A stretch of 64,000 nt of DNA, from contig CATNEN010000035.1 of the NCBI GenBank assembly GCA_950097015.1, positions 310,001 to 374,000 of the forward strand. The letters run 5' to 3'. This stretch comes from Macrostomum hystrix. Lineage: Eukaryota; Animalia; Platyhelminthes. This document shows, in pieces, positions 13,625-27,300 of the stretch. The position numbers and the translations under genes are program-made. The stretch's first letter is position 1. Each line of letters opens with the position of its first letter. Under the pieces are notes generated by a model. It did no database searches, was not told the origin of the DNA, and worked only from the letters and a program-made list of their open reading frames with translations.

Positions 13625-15860
13625 GAGAGAGGAGACAGTAGATTAGAGAGAGAGGAGACAGTAGATTAGAGAGAGAGGAGACAGTAGATTAGAGAGAGAG
13701 GAGACAGTAGATTAGAGAGAGAGGAGACAGTAGATTAGAGAGAGAGGAGACAGTAGATTAGAGAGAGAGGAGACAGTAGATTAGAGAGAGAGGAGACAGT
13801 AGATTAGAGAGAGAGGAGACAGTAGATTAGACAGAGAGGAGACAGTAGATTAGAGAGAGAGAGAGAGGAGACAGTAGATTAGAGAGAGAGGAGACAGTAG
13901 ATTAGAGAGAGAGGAGACAGTAGATTAGAGAGAGAGGAGACAGTAGATTAGAGAGAGAGGAAACAGTAGATTAGAGAGAGAGAGAGGAGACAGTAGATTA
14001 GAGAGAGAGGAGACAATAGATTAGAGAGAGAGGAGACAGTAGATTAGAGAGAGAGGAGACAGTAGATTAGAGAGAGAGGAGACAGTAGATTAGAGAGAGA
14101 GGAGACAGTAGATTAGAGAGAGAGGAGACAGTAGATTAGAGAGAGAGGAGACAGTAGATTAGAGAGAGAGGAGACAGTAGATTAGAGAGAGAGGAGACAG
14201 TAGATTAGAGAGAGAGGAGACAGTAGATTAGAGAGAGAGGAGACAGTAGATTAGACAGAGAGGAGACAGTAGATTAGAGAGAGAGAGAGAGGAGACAGTA
14301 GATTAGAGAGAGAGGAGACAGTAGATTAGAGAGAGAGGAGACAGTAGATTAGAGAGAGAGGAGACAGTAGATTAGAGAGAGAGGAAACAGTAGATTAGAG
14401 AGAGAGAGAGGAGACAGTAGATTAGAGAGAGAGGAGACAGTAGATTAGAGAGAGAGGAGACAGTAGATTAGAGAGAGAGGAGACAGTAGATTAGAGAGAG
14501 AGAGAGAGGAGACAGTAGATTAGAGAGAGAGGAGACAGTAGATTAGAGAGAGAGGAGACAGTAGATTAGAGAGAGAGGAGACAGTAGATTAGAGAGAGAG
14601 GAAACAGTAGATTAGAGAGAGAGAGAGGAGACAGTAGATTAGAGAGAGAGGAGACAATAGATTAGAGAGAGAGGAGACAGTAGATTAGAGAGAGAGGAGA
14701 CAGTAGATTAGAGAGAGAGGAGACAGTAGATTAGAGAGAGAGGAGACAGTAGATTAGAGAGAGAGGAGACAGTAGATTAGAGAGAGAGGAGACAGTAGAT
14801 TAGAGAGAGAGGAGACAGTAGATTAGAGAGAGAGGAGACAGTAGATTAGAGAGAGAGGAGACAGTAGATTAGAGAGAGAGGAGACAGTAGATTAGACAGA
14901 GAGGAGACAGTAGATTAGAGAGAGAGAGAGAGGAGACAGTAGATTAGAGAGAGAGGAGACAGTAGATTAGAGAGAGAGGAGACAGTAGATTAGAGAGAGA
15001 GGAGACAGTAGATTAGAGAGAGAGGAAACAGTAGATTAGAGAGAGAGAGAGGAGACAGTAGATTAGAGAGAGAGGAGACAGTAGATTAGAGAGAGAGGAG
15101 ACAGTAGATTAGAGAGAGAGGAGACAGTAGATTAGAGAGAGAGGAGACAGTAGATTAGAGAGAGAGGAGACAGTAGATTAGAGAGAGAGGAGACAGTAGA
15201 TTAGAGAGAGAGGAGACAGTAGATTAGAGAGAGAGGAGACAGTAGATTAGAGAGAGAGGAGACAGTAGATTAGAGAGAGAGGAGACAGTAGATTAGAGAG
15301 AGAGGAGACAGTAGATTAGAGAGAGAGGAGACAGTAGATTAGAGAGAGAGGAGACAGTAGATTAGAGAGAGAGGAGACAGTAGATTAGAGAGAGAGGAGA
15401 CAGTAGATTAGAGAGAGAGGAGACAGTAGATTAGAGAGAGAGGAGACAGTAGATTAGAGAGAGAGGAGACAGTAGATTAGAGAGAGAGGAGACAGTAGAT
15501 TAGAGAGAGAGGAGACAGTAGATTAGAGAGAGAGGAGACAGTAGATTAGACAGAGAGGAGACAGTAGATTAGAGAGAGAGGAGACAGTAGATTAGACAGA
15601 GAGGAGACAGTAGATTAGAGAGAGAGGAGGCAGTAGATTAGAGAGAGAGGAGACATTAGATCAGAGAGAGGAGACAGTAGATTAGATAGAGAGAAAACAG
15701 TAGATTTGAGAGAGATAGGAGAGAGTAGATTAGAGAGAGGAGACAGCAGTTTAGAGAGAGAGGAGACAGTAGATTTGAGAGAGATAGGAGAGAGTAGATT
15801 AGAGAGAGGAGACAGCAGTTTAGAGAGAGAGGAGACAGTAGATTAGAGACAGCTGAGAGA
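13625..15860. repeat. Purine-rich minisatellite, 23-bp unit GGAGACAGTAGATTAGAGAGAGA (~95 copies)
   Basis: Direct tandem copies with a variable (AG)n tract. Confidence 0.97.
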
Positions 15861-16489
15861 GTAGATAAGAGAACCGGCCATGAGATTTAATTCAGACCGC
15901 TTCTGCAATGCCAAAGAGCTAATTAGAATCCGCATCCGCTCGTTAGAATTCCATGTGTATACTACGAAGTAATTTTATAGATCTATACGCATAGCACTTG
16001 TTCTATGAATCGACTGGGTGCATGTATCCTTTTTATTCTTCGTAAACCGGGTGTGGAATTTTCAAGGAAAAAAATGGCTGGGCCAAATATCATAAGGGTT
16101 TATTGTATTCCACGACATGGCGCAGTCAACAATTAAAAGCTATTCGTCAAAGACAAATTCAGGCACGAGTGCAGATTATGCACACGATAGGAATGAATCT
16201 AGTATAGAATAGCTCTAGAGCTGCCTAAACCATGCAGGAATCATTAAGCTATCGTTTCGAATCCATCTGTTAGGCGACGCTTCAGTCTGACTTACTTTCT
16301 CCGCCAACCCTCATGATGGCAAAGTCTGACAAAATATGAGAAAGGGCGTCGACTGATTTGGTTCAACAGTACCTCCTTCTGATTTCCTTCCATCTACTCG
16401 CTTTCTGCCATTTTTACACTCCCCCTCTACTGCATTCCTTCCCGCCACTGCTCTCCTCAACTCTCTTCCTCTTTTCCATTTCTCTCCTA

Positions 16490-17590
16490 CTCTCCTTCCC
16501 TTCACCTCTCCCTTCCTCTCTCCCTACCTCTCTCCCTCTCCCTTCCTCACTTCCTCTCTCCCTCTCCCTTCCTCACTTCCTCTCTCCCTCTCCCTTCCTC
16601 ACTTCCTCTCTCCCTCTCACTTCCTCTCTCTCTCCCTTCCTCACTTCCTCTCTCCCTTACTCTCTCCCTCTCCCTTCCTCTCTCCCTCTCCCTCTCACTT
16701 CCTCTCTCTCTCCCTTCCTCACTTCCTCTCTCTCTCCCTTCCTCACTTCCTCTCTCCCTTACTCTCTCCCTCTCCCTTCCTCTCCCCCTCTCCCTCTCCC
16801 CTCCTCTCTCCCTCTCCCTCTCCCTTCCTCTCTCCCTCTCCCTCTCACTTCCTCTCTCTCTCCCTTCCTCACTTCCTTTCTCCCTTCCTCTCTCCCTCTC
16901 CCTCTCCCTTCCTCTCTCCCTCTCCCTCTCACTTCCTCTCTCTCTCCCTTCCTCACTTCCTCTCTCCCTCTCACTTCCTCTCACTCTCCCTTCCTCACTT
17001 CCTCTCTCCCTTACTCTCTCCCTCTCCCTACCTCTCCCCCTCTCCCTCTCCCCTCCTCTCTCCCTCTCCCTCTCCCTTCCTCTCTCCCTCTCCCTCTCAC
17101 TTCCTCTCTCTCTCCCTTCCTCACTTCCTTTCTCCCTTACTCTCTCCCTCTCCCTCTCACTTCCTCTCTCTCTCCCTTCCTCACTTCCTCTCTCCCTTCC
17201 TCTCTCCCTCTCCCTCTCACTTCATCTCTCCCTCTCCCTCTCCCTTCCTCTCTCCCTCTCCATCTCACTTCCTCTCTCTCTCCCTTCCTCACTTCCTCTC
17301 TCTCTCCCTTCCTCACTTCCTTTCTCCCTTACTCTCTCCCTCTCCCTCTCACTTCCTCTCTCTCTCCCTTACTCTCTCCCTCTCCCTTCCCCCCTCTCCC
17401 TCTCCCCTCCTCTCTCCCTCTCACTCTCCCTTTCTCTCTCCCTCTCCCTCTCAATTCCTCTCTCTCTCTCCCTTCCTCACTTCCTCTCTCCCTTACTCTC
17501 TCCCTCTCCCTTCCTCTCCCCCTCTCCCTCTCCCTTCCTCTCTCCCTCTCCCTCTCCCTTCCTCTCTTTTTCCTCTCTCTCTCCCACATT
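16490..17590. repeat. Polypyrimidine (CT-rich) compound repeat
   Basis: About 1.1 kb of almost only C/T, with recurring CTCACTTCCTCTCTC and CCTCTCCCTCTCC modules. Confidence 0.95.
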
Positions 17591-18354
17591 ACCTCTTCCC
17601 CTTCTTTCCGCTGTGTTTCAGAGAACGCAGCATATTCCGAGTAGCCAAGCAGTGTTTGCTGTCTGTTGCGCAGACCCAGCTCTAGAAGTGCTTCCTACGC
17701 GCGCACAATGTGAAGTGGAAGGAACTCAATCTCTCTGGTGTGTGAGGGGCGGTCAGTATGCGTGGAGTCTCTAGCAGCTGTTGAACAAGCCTGCTCAGAG
17801 AGCTAAATTCCTGGCTTCGCACAAAACATTCTCTTCCCTTTTTATTTCTTCCATAATTACGTTTCCGCTGTTAGCTCATAAGTTAGCTCGCAGTCTGTTT
17901 CACTCGCAGACTGTACAGGAAGTCTGTATCACTACTCCGTACGGGTCAGCGACCCTTGCATCAATGTTTTCTCCTATTAAAAGCGTTCATTTTTGACACA
18001 CCTTTGACTTCTGAGATAGAAGGAGCGGTGATCAGAGACTGAAAGGTCAGAAGCGAATACAAACAGGTATGAGTAAGTTTAGCTAACGAGCCACTAATGA
18101 GAATGCCGGACTACCCACACACACGCGTACACATACAAAGCTCGAACCTTATTGGCTCTCGAGAGCTGAAATTCGCTGGTCCAGTGAGCAAGCAGCTTGC
18201 ACACTCATAGATACACACACGCACACACGCACACACACACACTTTATATTCGCCCTCAGGTCTGACTGCTAAAACAGCTAGAGAAGACAGACCAGTTGTA
18301 GCTGTGGACTTGTTGAACGGAGAAAATTGTCTACGGACTAGACTGTGTTCCATT

Positions 18355-21300
18355 ATGACTCAACCGCTCTCCGAGAAGCAGCAGCAGCAGTTGCAGCATC
18401 AGCAGCAGCAGCAGCATGCCCTGAATCAGCGAGGAAATTTTCTTGCCCAATTTCGGGATAAGAACACTCGCCGTCTGAGGAATTTCACGGCTACCCAATT
18501 CGCAGAAGTTTGGAGTCACTACGACAAGGATGGTGAGAAGTACTTTTAGGTGTCACTGGCTGAGGGGTGGAGGGTGTCACTGGCTGAGGGGTGGAGGGTG
18601 TCACTGGCTGAGGGGTGGGTGTGTCATTGACTGATGGGAGGAGGGTGTCACTGGCTGAGGGGTGGGTGTGTCATTGACTGATGGGAGGAGGGTGTCACTG
18701 GCTGAGGGGTGGGTGTGTCATTGACTGATGGGAGGAGGGTGTCACTGGCTGAGGGGTGGGTGTGTCATTGACTGATGGGAGGAGGGTGTCACTGGCTGAG
18801 GGGTGGGTGTGTCATTGACTGATGGGAGGAGGGTGTCACTGGCTGAGGGGTGGAGGGTGTCACTGGCTGAGGGGTGGAGGGTGTCACTGGCTGAGGGGTG
18901 GAGGGTGTCACTGGCTGAGGGGTGGGTGTGTCATTGACTGATGGGAGGAGGGTGTGTCATTGACTGATGGGAGGAGGGTGTCACTGGCTGAGGGGTGGGT
19001 GTGTCATTGACTGATGGGAGGAGGGTGTCACTGGCTGAGGGGTGGGTGTGTCATTGACTGATGGGAGGAGGGTGTCACTGGCTGAGGGGTGGGTGTGTCA
19101 TTGACTGATGGGAGGAGGGTGTCACTGGCTGAGGGGTGGGTGTGTCATTGACTGATGGGAGGAGGGTGTCACTGGCTGAGGGGTGGAGGGTGTCACTGGC
19201 TGAGGGGTGGAGGGTGTCACTGGCTGAGGGGTGGAGGGTGTCACTGGCTGAGGGGTGGGTGTGTCATTGACTGATGGGAGGAGGGTGTGTCATTGACTGA
19301 TGGGAGGAGGGTGTCACTGGCTGAGGGGTGGGTGTGTCATTGACTGATGGGAGGAGGGTGTCACTGGCTGAGGGGTGGGTGTGTCATTGACTGATGGGAG
19401 GAGGGTGTCACTGGCTGAGGGGTGGAGGGTGTCACTGGCTGAGGGGTGGAGGGTGTCACTGGCTGAGGGGTGGAGGGTGTCACTGGCTGAGGGGTGGAGG
19501 GTGTCATTGACTGATGGGAGGAGGGTGTCACTGACTGAGGGGTGGGTGTGTCATTGACTAATGGGAGGAGGGTGTCACTGGCTGAGGGGTGGAGGGTGTC
19601 ACTGGCTGAGGAGTGGAGGGTGTCACTGGCTGGGGGGTGGAGGGTGTCACTGGCTGAGGGGTGGGTGTGTCATTGACTGATGGGAGGAGGGTGTCACTGG
19701 CTGAGGGGTGGAGGGTGTCACTGGCTGAGGGGTGGAGGGTGTCACTGGCTGAGGGGTGGGTGTGTCATTGACTGATGGGAGGAGGGTGTCACTGGCTGAG
19801 GGGTGGAGGGTGTCACTGGCTGAGGGGTGGAGGGTGTCACTGACTGAGGGGTGGGTGTGTCATTGACTGAAGGGTGGAGGGTGTCACTGGCTGAGGGGTG
19901 GAGGGTGTCACTGGCTGAGGATTTTCCACACACCCGAGGATGATATTAAACTTTGAAATTATTTTCCTTCTAAAAGCGAATATCGCGAATCATTCCCTTC
20001 GCCAGTTACAGAAAAGTACATTTAGCGGGATAAATAGCTGTGCAAGAACTGTTAGCATCACATCCCGATGGTCGTAGCAGGCATCCCCATCCCAACAGCT
20101 CATCCGAGAATTTATCCCTCATTTGAAGCGCAAATCCTTCTATGTGATTTGTTTGCCCCATGTGAGCCGCAAGGAAAAATTTCGGGGAATAAGAGGAAGG
20201 AGGACATCATTCCGCAACTCCGGTGCCTTGCCTTGCGTTGTCGGTCTTCTGAAACTTTTTCCAAGAAAACAGAAAGCAATGAGCTTCTCCTGCAACAAGA
20301 AATGCAACATTCTGAGTGACACTTCTTTTCTTTCTGGAAAAGTCACAAATTGGAAGATGACTATCGCTGATCTCGGATATTATCAATCAATCGCTGACAC
20401 CTATCAATTATCTATAGTTAGTACTTGTAACTATCAATCAGTGACATTATCTATCAATCAGTGACATTATCTATCAATCAGTGACATTATCTATCAATCA
20501 GTGACATTATCTATCAAGAACTGACATTATCAATCGATAAATAACATTATCTATCAATGAATGGCATCATCTATCAATAACTAGCATTATCTATCAATGA
20601 ATGGCATCATCTATCAATAACTGACATTATCTATCAATTAATGGCATTGTCCATCAAACTCTGACCAAATCTAAAATCGCTGACATTATATATCGATCAC
20701 TGACACTATCGATCTACTTATCGTTTCTGAGTGTCTATCTACTGCTGTATCTATCAATTAGTGACATTATCTGTCAATCTCTCCGTCTAACAATCAATGA
20801 ATCACAGAAATTTTCTATCAATCTTTGACCTTGCTTCTTAATTTATACCGTTCTTATTCGACGGGAGACATTTGCATTATCTTTACTCACCTTATCAATA
20901 TTAAGAAAATGTCTGTGACTCTCTACCCAATCTACTCGTATCAATCCATTAATCAGGCAACGGGTTCATTGAAGGTCAAGAATTAGACGAGTTTCTTCGC
21001 GAGTTCATCTCGTCTGTTGTGTCCGAGGACATTGGACCCGAGGTAAGAATCAAATTTAAATTTTTTTTCTCTCTTTTTTGTTATAATGTCGCTTTAGAAT
21101 CAAGAAAAGAAGTTGTCTGATTGAGATCGGATCATTTTGAACGTTTTGGGTTTTGAGTTATTTTGCTCTACGTTTAGCTTTCTATAGCCTCCAAAGTCGC
21201 GCAGTCGTTGGTGGCACGTGCAGTTGTTTAAAAATCGACTATGTGTAAAAAGCTCATTAAGGTTGGTGGGGCTTCAGTGAGTCAGTGGAGCGAGGCTACT

Positions 21301-24300
21301 GTGCCTTGGTTGGTCTCTCGTGAACTCATTATTGGCCGCATTGTTCAGGTGATCTCCGAGACCGCTTTGGCCGCCATGAAGCGCGACTTCATGGACGCGT
21401 TCGACGAGAACTACGACGGCAAGATCGAGATTGGCGAGGTGAGGTTCGAGCGGGGGCTTGGAGGTTTAACAGTAGACGGACCACTCTATTTCCTCCACTC
21501 TATTATTGTTAAACAGATCGGGACAGTGTACCGGAAAACTGCTCAGGGGTTTGAGCAGATTGTGACAATGTGATAAGTTTAGCCCGGCCCTAATAATCTA
21601 GCCATTTACAGATAAGGTCATAATGTTATTGTAAGCAAGATAAAAATTAATAATTGATTTATTCGCAAATCGTGAAATTATTGACTGAAAGTTTATTGCC
21701 AATGGGGAATAATGGGAAGTCGTTATATCTAGTATTTTTATATCTCAAAAGTGTTTTTTATTCAAATGTGACAAATGACAAAAGATAGGGACCTGAGCCT
21801 GCTGCTCATATTGCTTGTTTCCATCGACATGGCTTGCGTCTGAAGAATTGGGATAAAAATCATCCATAAGTTCCCTAACTGCGCGTCAAGAAATCCCTAA
21901 AACTCCCTACTTCGATATTCCGTCGCTGTAATTCAATTTTCCCATGCCCAGACCACCCTCCATTCTGATTGCAGCTGTCGCAGATTCTGCCTACGGAGGA
22001 AAATTTCCTGCTGCTATTCCGCAGGGATAATCCAGTGGACTCCAGCGTCGAATTCATGAGGGTGAGCTCTCGGCCTCTTCTTCAGCGCACCATCTCTCAG
22101 CTCTCCTACTGGTTTTACGGTCGAATTGCTCTCTACTCTCATATATACTCCCATATCACCCTAATATCTACTGTCATCTCATTCCCTGAACTTCAGGGAA
22201 GTGAAACTTCAGGAAAAAGTGAAACTTCAGGAAAGTGAAACTTAAGGAAAAAGTGAAACTTCCGGAAAGTGAAACTTCAGGGAAGTGAAACTTCAGGGAA
22301 AAGTAAAACTTCAGGGAAGTGAAACTTCAGGGAAAAGTAAAACTTCAGGGAAGTGAAACTTCAGGGAAGTGAAACTTCAGGGAAGTGAAACTTCAGGGAA
22401 GTGAAACTTCAGGGAAGTGAAACTTCAGGGTAGTAAAACTTCAGGGAAGTGAAACTTCATGGAAAAGTAAAACTTCAGGGAAGTGAAACTTCATGGAAAA
22501 GTAAAACTTCAGGGAAGTGAAACTTCAGGGTAGTGAAACTTCAGGGCAGTAAAACTTCAGGGAAAAGTAAAACTTCAGGGAAGTGAAACTTCAGGGAAAA
22601 GTAAAACTTCAGGGAAGTGAAACTTCAGGGAAAAGTGAAACTTCAGGGAAGTGAAACTTCAGGGAAGTGAAACTTCAGGGAAAAGTAAAACTTCAGGGAA
22701 GTGAAACTTCAGGGAATTGCATAATTTCTTTTTGTCCTAATATGTACTCTGAAGATCAAGCCAACATCTACTTTAGAGTAATTATATTCATGTAGCCTAT
22801 TCACGAGGTAATCGTCACCTTCTCACAGATCTGGAGACAGTTCGATAAGGATCATTCTGGCTACATTGAGGCGGATGAATTGCGAGTGAGTTGGCAGCGA
22901 ATATTTCATACTCAAACTCTAAGGCAGGAACTCTAAGAATATATTTAAAACTGCAGCAACCTCTCCGTCCTTCTAAGGGTGTTTTTTGAAAATTCGATTC
23001 AGTGAAACAAATTAATCCTCTAATGTTTGTCTTAATGTGGTCTGAATGTTCTGCATATGTTTTCAATAAAGAATTCATTAATTAGATAGCAACTAAATTG
23101 TGTTCGAACTGTCGAGGTTCTTTCCTCTTAGAATAGAACACGGGCTAGTCAATCAGAGCTGTCAATATAGCAATTTTCTCAGAATCGATTTCAATAAGAA
23201 GGATTCTCAGAAAACCTAAGACCCTATATTTCAGCCGTCTAAATGCAGCTCAAAACTTAAAAACATTTTTAGGACTTTCTGAAGCACATACTGGACTGCG
23301 CCGATCGCAGCGTCACCGACGACAAACTGCTTGAGTACACCAGCACTATGGTACGCTGCAGGCAGGTCTGCCGTCTCGTCTTGTCTGTCTCATCTCTCCT
23401 CTGATTCATCTCTCCCCAGTCTCATCTCTCTCCAGTCTCATCTCTCCCCAGTCTCATCTCTCCCGTCCCAATCTCCCGTGTCTCATCTCTCCCGTGTCTC
23501 ATCTCTCCCCAGTCTCATCTCTCCCGTCCCAATCTCCCGTGTCTCATCTCTCCCGTGTCTCATCTCTACCGTGTCTCATCTCTCCCGTGTCTCATCTCTT
23601 CCCAGTCTCATCTCTCCCCTGTCTCATCTCTTCCCAGTCTCATCTCTCTCCTGTCTCATCTCTCCCCTGTCTCATCTCTCCCCAGTCTCATCTCTCCCCA
23701 GTCTCATCTCTCCCCAGTCTCACCTGGCCTCTCCATCAATCCAGTGTGCTGACGTTACTCTGATTCTCCTCTTGGCCAGAGAGACATTCAAGTTCGCAGA
23801 TCTCTAAAACACAATGAAGAATGTGATTGAAGGTCTCACAATTTCACACTAATCACATAGAAGAAATCACAGACAGCGCACAGGTTCGACGAACGCCTGT
23901 GTCTGTCACAGACTGGCCAGTAATCTTGAGGCTAGATTTGATGAAGGAGAAATTTTCATGGGAAATTTTTGGATTTTCAAGCTAGAAAATGAGGGAAATG
24001 AAGGGAGGACATGACAGATGAGCAGAAGGAGCTGGCCGAGAGTTTTACAAGTGTAGAAAGCGACACGTTTCTTCCCTACGAGCCTCGGTCGGCGGAGGAT
24101 CAAGCCTTGCAATTCCGCGCCCCGGCTTCATTAGAGGCGGGCGGAAGGAGGATTTCCTCTTCTCTTTTTTAGCAGAAGCAGCAGCAGCAGCAGACTGTCT
24201 GCCCCTGACAGCTCTTCTGTGCTCAATTCGGGTCCGCCCTTGCTCAACCAAGGCGATTAGCGCGCATGTGTGTCCGAGCGATGCTGTGAGGTCAATCCAC

Positions 24301-27300
24301 TCAAATGGATGCCATTCGCAGTCGCATTATGAAATGAGATTCCAGAAATGATCACCTCTTGATTAGGAATGACCGATCGCAAGATTTCCTATTTGTATTT
24401 TCCTGTCCTGTCGGTTTCAGTTGCAGCTCTTCGACCAAAACCGGGATGGCAAGCTGCAGCTGAGCGAGATGGCCAAGTGAGCACAGAAATGTACTTTTAT
24501 TTTAAGCGGTTGATAACGCTGGAGAACGCCAGTCGTGAAAGGGATTAGCAGGGCCTAGTTGTTCGCGGGACAAAGCGATTTTGTCTGATTAAGCAAAATT
24601 ATTATCAAAATACAATAGACTTATTGAGTCTACTACGTATTAAGTAGGTCTACTACGTGTAGGAAATATAACAACTGAATTAATTTATTTTAATATTTAA
24701 ATGCTAATTTTCAACTCGTTAAACTTGAACTAGGCTGCTGCCAGTGAAAGAGAACTACCTGTGCAGGCCAATTTTTAAGGTAATTTTTTCTCTACAAAAC
24801 CTTTAACCAACGATAGAGTATTAAACTGGCCCATCTTACTCACATACCCGAGAACAACCACCTCACTCCCTAACCCAAGAGCAGCCAACCCACTCCTTAC
24901 CCGAGAACAGCCACTCCACTCCCTACCCGAGAACAGCCACCCCACTCCTTATCTGAGAACAGCCACTTCACTCCCTTAGCCGAAAACAGCTACCTCACTC
25001 CCTTACCCGAGAACAACCACCTCACTCCCTAACCCAAGAGCAGCCAACCCACTCCTTACCCGAGAACAGCCACTCCACTCCCTACCCGAGAACAGCCACC
25101 CCACTCCTTATCTGAGAACAGCCACTTCACTCCCTTAGCCGAAAACAGCTACCTCACTCCCTTACCCGAGAACAACCACCTCACTCCCTAACCCAAGAGC
25201 AGCCAACCCACTCCTTACTCGAGAACAGCCACTCCACTCCCTACCCGAGAACAGCCGCCCCACTCCTTATCTGAGAACAGCCACTTCACTCCCTTAGCCG
25301 AAAACAGCTACCTCACTCCCTTACACGAGAACAACCACCTCACTCCCTAAACCAAGAGCAGCCAACCCAATCCTTACCCGAGAACAGCCACCCCACTCCC
25401 TACCCGAGAACAGCCACCCCACTCCCTATCCGAGAACAGCCACTTCACTCCCTTAGCCGAAAACAGCTACCTCACTCCCTTACCCGAGAACAACCACCTC
25501 ACTCCCTAAACCAAGAGCAGCCAACCCACTCCTTACCCGAGAACAGCCACTCCACTCCCTACCCGAGAACAGCCACCCCACTCCCTACCCGAGAACAGCC
25601 ACTTCACTCCCTTAGCCGAAAACAGCGACCTCACTCTCTTACCCGAGAACAACCACCTCACTCCCTAAACCAAGAGCAGCCAACCCACTCCTTACCCGAG
25701 AACAGCCACTCCACTCCCTACCCGAGAACAGCCACTTCACTCCCTTAGCCGAAAACAGCTACCTCACTCCCTTACCCGAGAACAACCACCTCACTCCCTA
25801 ACCCAAGAGCAGCCAACCCACTCCTTACTCGAGAACAGCCACCCCACTCCCTACCGGAGAGCGACCAACTCACTCCATTGTATGAAAGCCAACACCTTTT
25901 TCGAAAAGCCACCACCTCAACTACCCAGGTCAGCTGCTATAAAAATTCTTGCCTATCGTTTTTTCAGAACGCTAGTAGAATCAACAGCAGCGACATAGAT
26001 CGCGTGTTTAACTTGTACGATCGGGTAAGCAAGTATTTTATCAGTGCAACTTTACTCCCCTTTTAGTTTCAACAGACGAGTAACTTTTTCAAATTTCTCG
26101 CACTTTCAGGACAAGAACGGCTGCATTGAAAATGAGGAGTTGCAAGGATTTCTTAAGGACTTGCTTGAGCTAGCTCAAGAGGTGAGCTAAACTAGTTAAA
26201 ATTTCATCGCTCCGAGAATGTCAGCTCTTTGAAAACCTCATTTCTTTGAAAATTTCAGCTCTTAGAAAATGTCTGCTCTTAGAAAATGTCAGCTCATAGA
26301 AAATGTCAGCTCTAAGAAGATCTCAACTCTTAGAAAATGTCAGCTCTTAGAAAATTTCAGCTCTTGTAAAATGTCAGCTCTTTGAGAATGTCAGCTCTTA
26401 GAAAATGTCTGCTCTTAGAAAATGTCTGCTCTTAGAAAATGTCAGCTCTTTGAGAATATCAGCTATTTGAGAATGTCAGCTATTTGAGAATGTCAGCTCT
26501 TTGAGAATATCAGCTCTTTGAGAATGTCAGCTATTTGAGAATGTCAGCTCTTAGAAAATGTCTGCTCTTAGAAAATGTCTGCTCTTAGAAAATGTCAGCT
26601 ATTTGAGAATGTCAGCTATTTGAGAATGTCAGCTATTTGAGAATGTCAGCTATTTGAGAATGTCAGCTATTTGAGAATGTCAGCTATTTGAGAATGTCAG
26701 CTCTTAGAAAATGTCTGCTCTTAGAAAATGTCTGCTCTTAGAAAATGTCAGCTCTTTGAGAATATCAGCTATTTGAGAATGTCAGCTATTTGAGAATGTC
26801 AGCTATTTGAGAATGTTAGCTATTTGAGAATGTCAGCTCTTAGAAAATGTCTGCTCTTAGAAAATGTCAGCTCTTTGAGAATGTCAGCTATTTGAGAATG
26901 TCAGCTATTTGAGAATGTCAGCTCTTTGAGAATGTCAGCTATTTGAGAATGTCAGCTATTTGAGAATGTCAGCTATTTGAGAATGTCAGCTATTTGAGAA
27001 TGTCAGCTATTTGAGAATGTCAGCTATTTGAGAATGTCAGCTATTTGAGAATGTCAGCTATTTGAGAATGTCAGCTATTTGAGAATGTCAGCTATTTGAG
27101 AATGTCAGCTCTTTAAAAATTGTCAGCTCTTTGAAAATTTGAACACTTTGAAAATTTGAACACTTTGAAAATAAATGTTATTAATTAACTCAAGAATTCC
27201 AGCATTCAAAATGTAGGACTATGACGCCCAAGATATGCTGTTCTTCAAGAAAGTCATCCTAGACCAGTGGGACTTGAATCACGATGGCAAGATCAGCAAA

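Noticed and set aside
17630-17750. Exon-like GC-rich segment after the polypyrimidine tract (ERSIFRVAKQCLLSVAQTQL*KCFLRAHNVKWKELNLSG)
   Set aside because: It has an in-frame stop and no phase-compatible partner exon or recognisable family; it may be calbindin 5'UTR.
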